Positions 11,400 through 22,774 of a stretch of 64,000 bases of DNA are shown here, piece by piece; position 1 is the stretch's first letter, and every line of letters begins with the position of its first letter. The notes beneath the pieces were generated by a model, which saw only the letters and a list, made by a program, of their open reading frames with translations, did no database searches and was not told where the DNA came from. The DNA comes from Octopus sinensis. Lineage: Eukaryota. Both the position numbers and the translations under genes were made by a program. The stretch covers positions 58,094,001-58,158,000 of the forward strand of contig NC_043000.1 in assembly GCF_006345805.1 (NCBI RefSeq), given 5' to 3'.

Positions 11400-11765
11400 T
11401 ACACTGTGTAGTCAACACAATCGAAAACAAACAATGTGCATATGCGAAATAAAAAATATAAAACAATGACAATTTACCCATTGCACTCTGCTGGAAGACC
11501 CTGTCTGGCAACAGGACTCTGCACTAAGCCACACAAGCAGGAAAACTCAGTCATGCCTGTCAGAATTTCTGTGACCACATCACCCCTAACATCTGAGCGA
11601 GGGACCAACAAAACTCCTTGTAACAACAAAGATGAACTGGAAGCAAGGATTATGGCAGCATTCACCAACTTAAACAAGGAAACCATCTTGAAGAGTTGCA
11701 GGAGGTTCCGACATTGTCTGGAGGCTGTGGTGATACCTTTTATATTCTTGAATATTTTTTGATGT
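11400..11765 (+). pseudogene. maT (DD37D-like) transposase relic, internally deleted
   Basis: VWQQDSALSHTSRKTQS...and TNKTPCNNKDELEARIMAAFTNLNKETILKSCRRFRHCLEAVV are typical of a Tc1/mariner-superfamily C-terminus; the maT assignment comes from family resemblance. Confidence 0.65.
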
Positions 11766-11799
11766 TTATTGTACACTTTTAAATTCCTGTAACATTCTA

Positions 11800-12480
11800 A
11801 ATACCATTACCATGTTGGTAATTTATCTCATTCATATATCTGAGACAGTGGTTGGCCTTCATTATTTTCTAGGCCTCTTTATGATTTTTTTTTATAATTA
11901 TAATTTAGTTTGTGGTTTTATATATTTTTTATTTTTTTACCTTTATAATTTTTAATAACTTTTTATTTCTTATAAATTTTTTTTTGTATTTTCATTTTTT
12001 ATTGTTTGTATTCTCTTTATTCTTTTTATATTTTAATTTTTTTATTGGTCACTTCTTTATTTAATTTTATTATTTACTTGATATGGATTACACAATATTT
12101 TATAATAGGCCATTTAAAATTTTATTTATTTACCTTGATGTTTGTTTTTCTTCAGTTGTTTATTATCCCAGAATTAATAAATCTCTTATGGTGTCACATA
12201 TGTCGATTGGGTGTAAATGTATTAGAAGTGTTTGTTTGTATGTAAGTAAATGTATGTATACAGGTATGAATATGTGTAGGTAATTGCCTGGGCTATTCAC
12301 TTTGTACATGAATAAGTGCAGTTTTGGTATTAGCTATGCACATGTGTTGTTATATTAAGGTAGTGGTTTTGAAGATGTAAGTACAGTTTAACAATAAATA
12401 TACATTTAAATTGTTGTGATGGGTATAGATATTATTTGTATGTATGCATGTGAGAGTGTAGTTTTATTATGTGTATCGAT
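11800..12480 (-). pseudogene. Penelope-like element GIY-YIG endonuclease relic with A-rich 3' region
   Basis: Minus-strand fragments QNCTYSCTK, TYIQTNTSNTF...HKRFINS, FKWPIIKY and CNPYQVNNKI follow the motif order of PLE GIY-YIG domains; heavily decayed. Confidence 0.5.
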
Positions 12481-13177
12481 ATGAATGTGTATGTGTTTAG
12501 ATCTGTATATATTTGTGTATATATGTGTGTGTGTATGTGTGTGTGCATGTGTGTGTATACATATATATATGTGATGAAGAACTCATTCAACTTGCAAAAT
12601 ACTATATATATATATATATATACATATAATTAATTGGGAGTAAGTATGTGTATAGATGTATCTGTGGGTATGTGTGTATAAATATGTGTGTTAGAGTACA
12701 TTTTTATGCTTCACGCATGTTTATGCATGTTTCCTTATCGTACATATTGGATGATATATAGTTGAGTCTGGACCCAGGTAAATAGATTTATTATTCTATA
12801 TTCCTTTATCTTTGTACACAAACAGATGTATGTGGGTTTACGATGTATCTTTCTGCTGTAGATTCATATCTTTTAATGTGATTTTTGGCCGAAACTCTGT
12901 CTGCCAGTTATTTAAAGATTGAAAATGAAATAAAATAACCTTATCTTTTAGGAGTTGGAGTGTGATATCAAATTGTCATCCCCCATTCTGTATTCATCCT
13001 TCTACTATAACATCTTTTTGCTTCCCTCCCTGTTTCAAGTCACCTTAATGATTCTCTTGTATAAACTACAAACTAAGGAAATTAAATTACTCTCTGACCA
13101 AAGTTCACCAGGGAGTTATGAAATGGCACATGCTAGGGTTTGTAAAATGTTTTTTTAATGCTTAATTCATGCATATA

Positions 13178-13262
13178 TTCACCTGATGAAAACGATTCTT
13201 TTTGTATGATGTAATAGCGCCATTCATCAATAAAAAAACATGTCCAAAACAGCTATAGTGAG
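13178..13262 (+). ncRNA. Decayed type I hammerhead-like motif
   Basis: TTCAC-CUGAUGA-...-C-AAAA-CAGCUA-UA-GUGAG: stem I pairs and stem III is one substitution from the palindrome ACAGCUGU, but G12>A and the stem II base pairs poorly. Confidence 0.4.
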
Positions 13263-13584
13263 TGAGCCACTATCTATCTGTTATTATTTGTTTATTATTC
13301 ACCTTACTTGGAATCTGAATTCACTTGGCTCTGTAGTTTACTGAGTGCAATACATCTGGTAGAGTGCTTATACCTAGGGGCCACCTTGGTACTCATGGTA
13401 CATTCAGTCAGACATTTGTGATCATACATGCAACTGGAATATAAACCAGTCTTTACTTTGGTATGTATGTATATGTTCCTCTAATTTTGTTTTGTACACA
13501 ATAACAATGTCACTTACCTGATCTTGGTGCCTTATTATTTAAGGGCATGATTCATTTGAAACCTGACCACCTTGATATATATAT

Positions 13585-13639
<55 letters not shown>

Positions 13640-14122
13640 GTATATATGTATATATGTATATATATTAAAAGTGGGGAAGATCCTAAAACCTGCTGGCTCA
13701 ACAAATTTGGGGTCTGATAAACCATAAAGCTAAAACATTTTAATTTAGAAAGAAATTAATCAAATGATTTTAAAATCTTTTAATATAATAATGAGTGTAG
13801 TGTTTTTATATATTCGTATCACATAGTAGGGGGTGATCACACAGTAGGGGTGAAGGGAGAGGAGAGAAAATAATAATTCAGTGAAGTAGAAGTAGTGAGA
13901 GTAATAGGCATGAGTGAGAGGGAGTGAGAAATAGTAATAGCAATGAGAGAGAGGAAGTGGCAAAGAGAGCTTCATGCATCTTCTACTATCATAATGCTCT
14001 TGTGTATTTCTCCATCTCAACATGTGTATATATATGTATATATATATATTGTGTATAAAAAACATAAATCAGAAGAAGAAGAAGCACACTCTAAGATGTA
14101 GAGCAGTATATATTAATAATGG

Positions 14123-14172
14123 GGAAGGCCGGTTTATGGGATTACACCATAATCCCATAAACTGGCCTTTCC
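14123..14172. other. ~22-bp stem hairpin with 5-nt loop between microsatellites
   Basis: GGAAGGCCGGTTTATGGGATTA-CACCA-TAATCCCATAAACTGGCCTTTCC, with two G-U positions on the + strand. Confidence 0.8.
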
Positions 14173-14468
14173 ATTTTTAATGTATATATATATATATATA
14201 TAGTTGACCTGGTGCCGTCAAACATGATGACTAATTGTAGTATTTTGTATAGAAAACGGGTACAAAAAGTGAAAAAAAATCAAACACCATTTCAACTCTG
14301 TTTGTGTGTGTGTGTGTGTGTGTGGTGTGTGTGTGTGTGTGTGTGCCCGTGTGTGTGTGCATGTGTGCATATGTATACATTTATATATATGAGTAGCATA
14401 GTCTGCAGCGAATGCAATTTTCTATACTTTGTCACAGCCCGCTTCCTTCCTTTTTAAGTGTGTCTGTT

Positions 14469-14523
<55 letters not shown>

Positions 14524-14609
14524 GTGCATGTGTCTGTAATTCTATTTTCTATGTATCTTTCTAAATAAACATATACAAACACATATACACTCACTCAAAT
14601 ACACACACA

Positions 14610-15705
14610 TAGTTAGAGTGTTGAGCTCACAATCATGAAGTAGTGAGTTTGATTCCTAGCCTGGGCCGTGTGTTGTGTTCTTGAGCAAGACGCATTTTTT
14701 CACATTGCTCCAGTTCACTCAGCTGTAGAATTGAGTTGCAATGTTACTGTATCAGACCTTGCCAGACATATATGTATACATATATATATATATATATATA
14801 GTGGCTATGTGGTAAGAGGCTTACCTCCCAACCACATGGTTCCAAGTTCAGTCCCACTGTGAGGAAACTTGGGCAAGTGTTTCCTTCTATAGCCTCAGGC
14901 TGACCAAGGCCTTGTGAGTGGATTTTGTAGATAGAAACTGAAAGAAGCCCATCGTATGTATATTTATTATGCTTGTTAACTGACGTTGGTGTGCTTACGT
15001 TCAGCCAAAGACAACAATAGAATAAGTACTAGACTTACAAAGACTGCAAAGACCCGACAAATGAAGTGAGTTCATGGCTCACAGGATGGCCTGCTGTGCT
15101 TGAGGAGACCTATTGTGTCAAGTACATCAACATCAAAATAAAAATCAAATGGAAATTGTAGTTGTGATACCCATGCTGGTGACACATAAAAAGCACCATC
15201 CAAATGTGGCCGATGCCAGCGCCGCCTTGACTGGTGTCCGTGCCGGTGACACGTAAAAAGCACCAACCGATCATGGCCGTTGCCAGCCTCCTCTGGCCCT
15301 TGTGCCGGTGGCATGTAAAAAGCACCCACTACACTCATGGAGTGGTTGGCATTAGGAAGGGCATCCAGCTGTAGAAACACTGCCAGATAAGACTGGAGCT
15401 TGGTGCAGCCTCCTGGCTTCCCAGACCCCAGTCAAACTGTCCAACCCATGGTAGTATGGAAAATGGATGTTAAACGATGATGATGATGGTGATAAATATG
15501 CATACATACATATATATATATTTGTGTGTCAGTGTTTGTCTCCCCACCATTGCTTGTCAGCTGATGCTGGTGTGCTTATGTTCAGCCAAAGAGAATGATA
15601 GAATAAGTACAAGACTTATAAAGAATAAGTCCTGGGGTTGATCTGTTCCACTAAAGGCAGTGCTCCAGCATGACTGCAGTTAAATGACTGAAACAAGTAT
15701 AAGAA
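14610..15705 (+). mobile_element. SINE cluster: family C (14610-14765), family A (14800-15042 and 15520-15705), family B (15045-15490)
   Basis: Family-diagnostic motifs as in the other copies; B lies between two family A segments. Confidence 0.8.
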
Positions 15706-15799
15706 TACTTATATATATATAAACATACACATATTTATGCACACATATATATACACACATATATACTCACAAATATATATATATGTACACACACACACA

Positions 15800-16068
15800 C
15801 TGAAAAACGGTATCGATGTTTTGTTTTGGTGTCCCGCTCTGCTGTATACGACTATGAGGATTTGCATCCCCAACAAAACTCGTCTTTTTCCCAAACTTCT
15901 CAAACCTGCTATAATGTAATACATGTCTTTGGTGTGGTAATTGTGCGCGGCTGAAGAAGGCTATTGACATACATGTTACATCAATTATGCATTGATATAA
16001 ACTGTCCAATAAAGCCAGAAACATATATACCGCTAAATCCTTTGCATCCTGTTTTTCTTTTGATAAAT
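15800..16068 (+). mobile_element. Penelope-pLTR-like fragment with hammerhead, flanked by (CA)n and (TA)n
   Basis: Non-microsatellite island containing the hammerhead at 15947-16033, with (TA)n beginning about 40 nt after the predicted cleavage site. Confidence 0.6.
15947..16033 (+). ncRNA. Type I hammerhead ribozyme with long stem II
   Basis: GCGG-CUGAAGA-A-GGCU(...ATTG-ACA/TGT-C-CAAT, ATCAAT/ATTGAT...)AGCC-A-GAAA-CAUAUA-UA-CCGC; predicted cleavage 16029/16030. Confidence 0.7.
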
Positions 16069-16099
16069 ATATATATATATTATATATATATATATATAT

Positions 16100-16157
<58 letters not shown>
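16069..16157. repeat. (TA)n/(GATA)n compound microsatellite
   Basis: Seen directly in the sequence. Confidence 0.95.
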
Positions 16158-16161
<4 letters not shown>

Positions 16162-17124
16162 AGTGCTATGCACAGAACTCATAACCCTTGAGTCACTTTT
16201 ATAACTTTTCTTTCAATCAAATATATATAGAGAGCATGAAAACAAGGACATATCAATGGGCTTGCAACTCAATACCAAAAGAGGCAAGTTCATGTCAGCC
16301 AGCTTTATAGGTTGTTGGACCTAAAGTCCCATTATGATACTAAGGATCTGGTTCAGAGTGACAAGTTAACGATGTGAATTTCATTCATACAAATACACCT
16401 CACAATATTACTGAAGTAAGAAAGAAACAGAATGTGTAAGCAGTACAAAGAAATAAGAAAGATTGCTAGAGTTTTCATTTGTTTCTGCTCAGAATAGGAA
16501 AACAAGACTAGCGATTTAAAATTTAAAAAATAGTGAAAATATTCACTATGGCAAACAGTTATTCATTAAGGAAAGCAAAGTAAAAACAAAGAAAAAATAA
16601 ACAAACAAAAACACTCCAAAACGTTTGTTAACTAATCCAAGAAATTGTTTTAAGACAGTTACTGTCAGCATGAACAGCAATAAACTACTAGTAACATTAT
16701 ATATTTTTTTCATTCTAATCACTCAGCAATCTATATATACTTCTGTTGTCTATTTATATATTCTTCACTTATCCAACTATTTATATATTCTTTATCTTGA
16801 CTATTTTATGTTTTATATTTAGCCCCAATCAGCTTTGTTTTTTTTTATCTTCTATTATTGATTTCTTATGTTAACATGAATCTGATGATGTTTAGAAAGG
16901 GGGAAGTTGTGACATGTGGACCTTTCTCCAATCATGAGTGACCTGAATGACTTGATTTCCATTTGATTACCCTACCAACCACACAACTGTGTTTGTTGTA
17001 GTGTAACTGGAAATATGGAAACCTGCACAACAGCTGGTCGATATATCCAGTAAGAACTCTACTTCATGCAATTTATTGCAGAAACAAGTAATACAGCTAG
17101 ATTTAGGGGTAGAATTCTAATTCA

Positions 17125-18357
17125 TGAGGTGGTATCAAAAAGTTCCAGGCTTAGTTATGTTTAATAAAAATTAACTTATTTACCTAAGTTTTAACACTAT
17201 CTCATTTGAATACACCAGTCTCAGTGTTCCTGCCACTTTTGGAATCTGGCCTGGAAGTCATTTTCTGTAAGTGAGTTGAGGACCTGTGTGATTCCCTCTT
17301 AATCTTGACAATGGTCTTAAAATGATAACCTTTGAGTTACATTTTCATTTTGGGGAAGAGATAGAAGTCCACAGGTGCTAAATTTGATGAATAGGGTGGA
17401 TGTGGAAGGCGGCGAGCTGGCAGAAACGTTAGCATGCTGGATGAACTGCATAGTGGTATTTCGTCTGTCATTACGTTTTGAGTTCAAATTCCTCTGAGGT
17501 CGACTTTGCCTTTCATCCTTTCAGGGTCGATAAATCAAGTACCAATTATGCACTGGAGTCGATGTAATCGATTTAATCCCTTTGTCTGTCCTTGTTTGTC
17601 CCCTCTATGTTTATCTCCTTGTGGGCAATAAAGAAATAAGAAATAAATGTGGATGTGGAAGAGATGTCATGTTTTTGGTGTGAAATTCATGAGTGAGGAG
17701 AGCTCAGTAACAGGGTGCATTGTTGTCATGAAGAATTCACAGATCTGGTCGCTTTCACCCTCAAGTTTTGCATCAACTTTTCCACAGAGGAATGAGTTGG
17801 ATAAGTCTTCTAAGAGAGTGTTTCAGGACCAGATTTCCTTCTGGATACCAGTCCTTTCAGTCCTTTAGTAACAGTTCAAACGCTTCAAAACATTGTTGAT
17901 TGTCTTGCAACAATCCTTATGCACAAGTTGATGAATTTTCTCCAAATTCCCAGGAGTGACACTTGTGGCAGGTCTTCCAGATTGCTCATCATCTTCCAGG
18001 GACATTCTTCTGCTTTTGAAGCACTCGTGTCACTTGGAACATTGCATGTGACCCATTGCCTTGTCTCCGTATGCTTGCTGAAGCATGCTCAGTGTCACTG
18101 TAGCAGACTTTCGAAGTAATGTAAAATTTCACATTGGTTTTTTGTTCCCGATTCCTGCCCATGACAAAAATCACAGACCACAGTATACATGTGATTGCAA
18201 AAACACAAATTTCACAACTTGCAAAATAAATACAGTAATGTCACTTGATACACTGCTTCATGAAGGTCACTACTAGCTCTCCCTGTGCATGCAACCATGT
18301 GCTGCCACCTGCTGGTGTACTACAGAACTAGTCCAGGAACTTTTTGATACCACCTCA
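17125..18357 (-). mobile_element. mariner element with both TIRs, internally deleted, carrying two insertions
   Basis: TIRs TGAGGTGGTATCAAAAAGTTCC(A/T)GG at both ends, TA at 18358-18359. Minus-strand ...EDDEQSGRPATS... and ...LHDNNAP... motifs. Confidence 0.85.
17409..17648 (+). mobile_element. SINE family D (Meta-domain-like) nested in mariner with 13-bp TSD
   Basis: TSD GTGGATGTGGAAG at 17396-17408 and 17649-17661. Central GACTTTGCCTTTCATCCTTTCAGGGTCGATAAATCAAGTACC resembles the MetaSINE domain; AAGAAAT tail. Confidence 0.85.
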
Positions 18358-19199
18358 TATTTAGATCAACATAATGCTTTTGATAAAGTCAACCTCAAGC
18401 ACTTAGTGGTAGTCTTCAGTGCAACCAATTTCTGATCTATTTCAGAAGCTGGTCACTTCAATGTACAGTGGTATTTTCTAGATGGTCAGACTAAATGGCC
18501 ATCTATTAGAACTATTTTGAGTCATATACTCACTGTGTCAAAAATGCCCTTTCTTGTTGCTCTTTGATTTTTAGCTGTTACTAAAGGACTGAAAGGACTG
18601 GTATCCAGAAGGGAATCTGGTCCTGAAACACTCTCTTAGAAGACTTATCCAACTCATTCCTCTGAGGAAAAGTAGATGCAAAACTATTACTGCTACTGCT
18701 GCTGTTAATGATGATAGTGACAACAGAAATAATTATGACTGCAATAACAATGGTCACCGTCATGATGATGATGATGATAACATGATGATACTCTATGACA
18801 TTTTCAATTCTTTATCTTCTCAGGCTTATTTCTATAGAGCAGGATAGCTCATCAGAAACTTTCATAATCTCTCTAATTATCACTTTAACTTTAACCAATT
18901 ACATCTGCTCCTGATTTTTAATTTTCCTTACTTATTTATAAATAAATTTACCCTCTGAGCACTTAGCTATATTTTTTTGTGCTTTTATATACTGTGTCCT
19001 CTGTTTTTTAAATATATTTCTTAAAGTCTTTTTAAATAACTCACATCAACAACATTAATACCCTTCTTCCTTCTTTTCACTTCTCTTTGCTTTCTATCCT
19101 CTTAAACATACTTTTGTACATTTTGAATTTCTTGTCTTTCATATTTAAAGTTTTAAGTATTTCTAACCATCCAAGTGAAATAACTTACCATAACAATTA

Positions 19200-19330
19200 T
19201 CCTCCTCCTCCTCCTCCTCCTCCTCATCATCATCATCATCATCATCATCAACATCATCATCATCATCATCATCATCACCCCCCACTACCACCAGCACCAG
19301 CACCATCATCATCATCATCATTATCATCAT
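19200..19330. repeat. (CCT)n/(CAT)n compound microsatellite (tail of a minus-strand family B copy)
   Basis: Seen directly; source of the poly-Pro/His ORF 19087-19374. Confidence 0.9.
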
Positions 19331-20235
19331 TTAACATCCATTTACTATGCTGGGGCATGGATCGAACAGTTTGATGGGAGCTGACCAGCTGAAGAGCCGT
19401 TTGGGCTCCATGTCTGTTTTGGTATGGTTTCTATAGTTGAATGCCTTTCCTGACATCAATCACTTTACAGAGTGCATTGGGTACTTTTATGCAGCACTGG
19501 CATGGGTGCTTTCACATGGCATCTGCATGGATTGTTTTTTTATGCGACACATGTACCCATGATCAGCTGAAGAAGGATGTAAGGAAAATGCTTGTATACA
19601 AGGACACCTAGGATTTTGCTTTCCTTGACATGTCTTCTCAAGCACATCAAACCACCAGAAATTTTGGGTCCCTTGTTATCCCCTCTGTAATATCCAACAA
19701 TATAGATATATGTGTTATATCCCTCACAATGATATAATGAGTTATATTCCTCACTATAATGCAAGTTGGTGCAGGCATGGATATACAGCAAGAAGTTTGC
19801 TTCCCAACCACATGGTTTTGGGTTCAGTCCCATTGTATGGCATCTGGGGCAAGTTTCTTCTGCAATAACCTCAGACCAAACCAAATCATTGAGAGTTGGC
19901 TTAATAGACAGAAACTGAAAAAAATCTGTCATAAATGTATGTCTATATATATATGTACATGTGTGTGTGTATGTGTGTGTGTGTGTGTGTTTGTGTATTT
20001 GTGTGTATTTGTGTTTGTTCTCATACCCCCCCCCCACACACACACATCATTGCTTGGCAATAGATTGCTTGGCAATAGATTTTGGTTAACATCCCTGTAA
20101 CTTAGCAGTTCAGCAAAAGAGAATGATAATATAAGTACAAGACTTTAAAAATATTAGTACTAGGATCAATTTGTCTGGCTAAAACCCCCCAGCATGGCCA
20201 CAGTGCAATGACTGACATAAATAAACAATAAAAGA
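19330..20235. mobile_element. Family B (minus, 19330-19760) followed by family A (plus, 19770-20235)
   Basis: Diagnostic family motifs. Confidence 0.7.
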
Positions 20236-20584
20236 TAAAGGTACCATAAACTGTGTGATTTTATTGTTAGGCTAGTATTATTGCAGTGTTGCCTGCGTTT
20301 TGCATGCTTGCATGTAATGAAGACTATTTAATGTGGCTTAGCTATTCATTTAAATAAAGCTTCTGGTTTGTGTGTGACTACAGCTTTACTTAATTAAACT
20401 CAGTATGACACAATATTGTCATCGCAGGTTAATAACAATGAACTTCCACTCAATAACCCAGATAGGACAAAGGCTTAGCTGAGATGCTTGGCTGCAAAAG
20501 CAAGAAGGAGAAATCTTCTGGATACTAATGATACAAATAACAAGTTTGACATTATTAAAAGTAGGTATAGTAACTATACAAAAA

Positions 20585-21345
20585 AAAAGCTTCCTAATTA
20601 CATGGTTCCAGGTTCAGTCCCAATGCATGGACATTGGGCAAGTATCTTCTACTTTAGCTTTGGACCAACCAAGGCCTTGTGAGTGGATTTGGTAGATGGA
20701 AACTGAAAGATGATCATGTGTATATTCTTTTATTCATTTATTCTTTTACTTATTTCAGTCAGTTGACTGTGGCCATGCTGGAGTATCACCTTAAAGAGTT
20801 TTAGTCAAACAAATCAACTCCAAGACTTCTTTTTAATCTTTTTGCCAAACTGATAAGTTACGAGGATGTAAACACACCAGTACCAGTTGCTATCAGTGAT
20901 GGGGGGAGGACAAACACAGACATAATCACACACACACACACACAAACAATGGGCTTCTTTCAGTTTCTGTCTACCAAATTCACTCACAAGGCTTTGGTCA
21001 GCCTGAGGCTATAGTAGAAGCCACTTGCCCTAGGTGCCATGCAGTTGGACTAAACCTGGAACGAAGTGGTTCGAAAGCAAACATCTTACCACACAGCCAC
21101 ACCTACGTGTGTGAGTGTATGTATCTTTGTGTCTGTGCTTGTCCTCACCACTGCTTGACAACTGGTGTTGGTGTGTTTATGTCCCTGTAACTTAGGTGTT
21201 CAGCAAAAGAGATCAATAGAGTAAGTAGCAGGCTTAAAGCAAAAACAAAATACTGGGGTTGATTCATTCGATTAAAAATTCTTCAAGTTTGTGCCCCAGC
21301 ATGGCCACAGTCAAATGGTTGAAACATGTAAAAAACAATGATAAA
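20585..21345. mobile_element. Family A SINE (+) with a full family A SINE (-, ~20723-21106) nested in its internal microsatellite
   Basis: + head at 20585-20722, complete inverted copy, then + 3' half at 21107-21345. Confidence 0.75.
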
Positions 21346-21835
21346 AAGGTAATGGTAAAATCCTTAGAAACTGTTGAAATGAATTACAGTATATTAAGAT
21401 CTGTGATAATATTCTTAGTTTGTCCCCAAATGAAATTATTTGCTGAAAGGGTCAGGTTCTTGTTACATCAAAATCTGATTCAATCAATATAAAGTTATTT
21501 CTAGAAATTATGCATGTCAGCTTGTTTTTGTGAATTTGAAAATAATATTGTACCTAAAAGGGATGAATGAAGACAATGATAATTTTCAAATGAAATACAT
21601 ATATAACGTGCAATCATCTGGGCATTGTACAAAAGCATCAAAATAACTCCAGTTAAGTGATTCAAAGATTAGTGCAAGCACTGAATGCATACAACAGCTT
21701 GAAGGGATTTCTGAATTTCAAATAATTGAAAAAACACCACTGCACCTTGGGCAAGTGTCTTTTACTATAGCCTCGGGCCAACCCAAGCCCTACTAGTGGA
21801 TTTGGTAGACAGAAACTGAAAGAAGCCCGTCGTGT

Positions 21836-21838
21836 ATG

Positions 21839-21903
<65 letters not shown>

Positions 21904-21908
21904 GATAA

Positions 21909-21947
<39 letters not shown>

Positions 21948-22026
21948 TGATCATGATCATCGTTGTTTAACTTCTGCCTTCCATATTAGCATGGGTATAT
22001 ATGTGTATGTATATATATATGTATAT

Positions 22027-22083
<57 letters not shown>

Positions 22084-22084
22084 G

Positions 22085-22140
<56 letters not shown>
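21836..22140. repeat. (TA)n/(GATA)n microsatellite block
   Basis: Seen directly; includes a short SINE tail fragment at about 21960-21995. Confidence 0.9.
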
Positions 22141-22143
<3 letters not shown>

Positions 22144-22774
22144 AACTTATAAACAAGGGCAAAATAAAAAAATTCTAATGCCAAATATGCCGAAAATAGA
22201 CAAATCATCAATAACCATATAACTTATCACTATAAGCATGTGTCTCAAAGCAAGCCGACAGAAATTTCTAAAAAATTCTGTTATTATCATATCGGTCCCA
22301 ATTTCAGAGTTAATTCATAAGAATTTTCTCCTCGTCAGTGATAAATACAGTAAGAAATAAATGAAATACTTACTTATACCCATGAAAGGAGCAAACACTA
22401 AGTCATGAGCATACTTAAGTACCCCAAATATATCCAAAATAGAAATTCTCCAGCACACCTCGAGACACGTGCGATTGGACTGAAAACTCTCAGAGTGAGA
22501 GAGTCTGGAAGTAAACACTATTAAATTTACATCTATATTTACATCTAATATAGGATAAAATTTTTCGAAAAAAATTCTATCAATGGCCAGCATATTAAAA
22601 AATACCTTTAAAGGTTAAATTTATAAACAACTTATAAACAAGGGCAAAAGAAAAAAATTCTAATGCCAAATATGCCGAAAACAAGCAAATCGTCAATAAC
22701 CATATAATTTATCACTATAAGCATGCGTCTCAAAGCAAGCCAACAGAAATTTCTAAAAAATTCCGCTATTATTG
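22141..22774 (-). mobile_element. Hammerhead-bearing partial-tandem element 1 (retrozyme/PLE-derived), 485-bp unit
   Basis: Direct repeats 22141-22287 and 22626-22772 (offset 485), hammerhead at the repeat junction, 3' end in (TA)n, and no recognisable coding capacity. Confidence 0.8.
22284..22344 (-). ncRNA. Type I hammerhead ribozyme, intact core
   Basis: UUAUCA-CUGACGA-GGAG-AA-AAUUC(UUAU)GAAUU-AA-CUCU-GAAA-UUGG(GA)CCGA-UA-UGAUAA; AUA triplet, predicted cleavage 22290/22289. Confidence 0.85.

Noticed and set aside
11805-11860. Three-way-junction-like fold (ACCA/TGGT, TCTCA/TGAGA, TTACCA/TGGTAA) on the minus strand downstream of the GIY-YIG relic
   Set aside because: Both catalytic core segments are missing or altered (CTG only; TAAA), so it is too decayed to call a ribozyme.
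13378-13460. Candidate exon GPPWYSWYIQSDICDHTCNWNINQSLL with GTATGT donor
   Set aside because: Weak acceptor, lies inside the putative hammerhead-element tail, and has no homology I can recognise.
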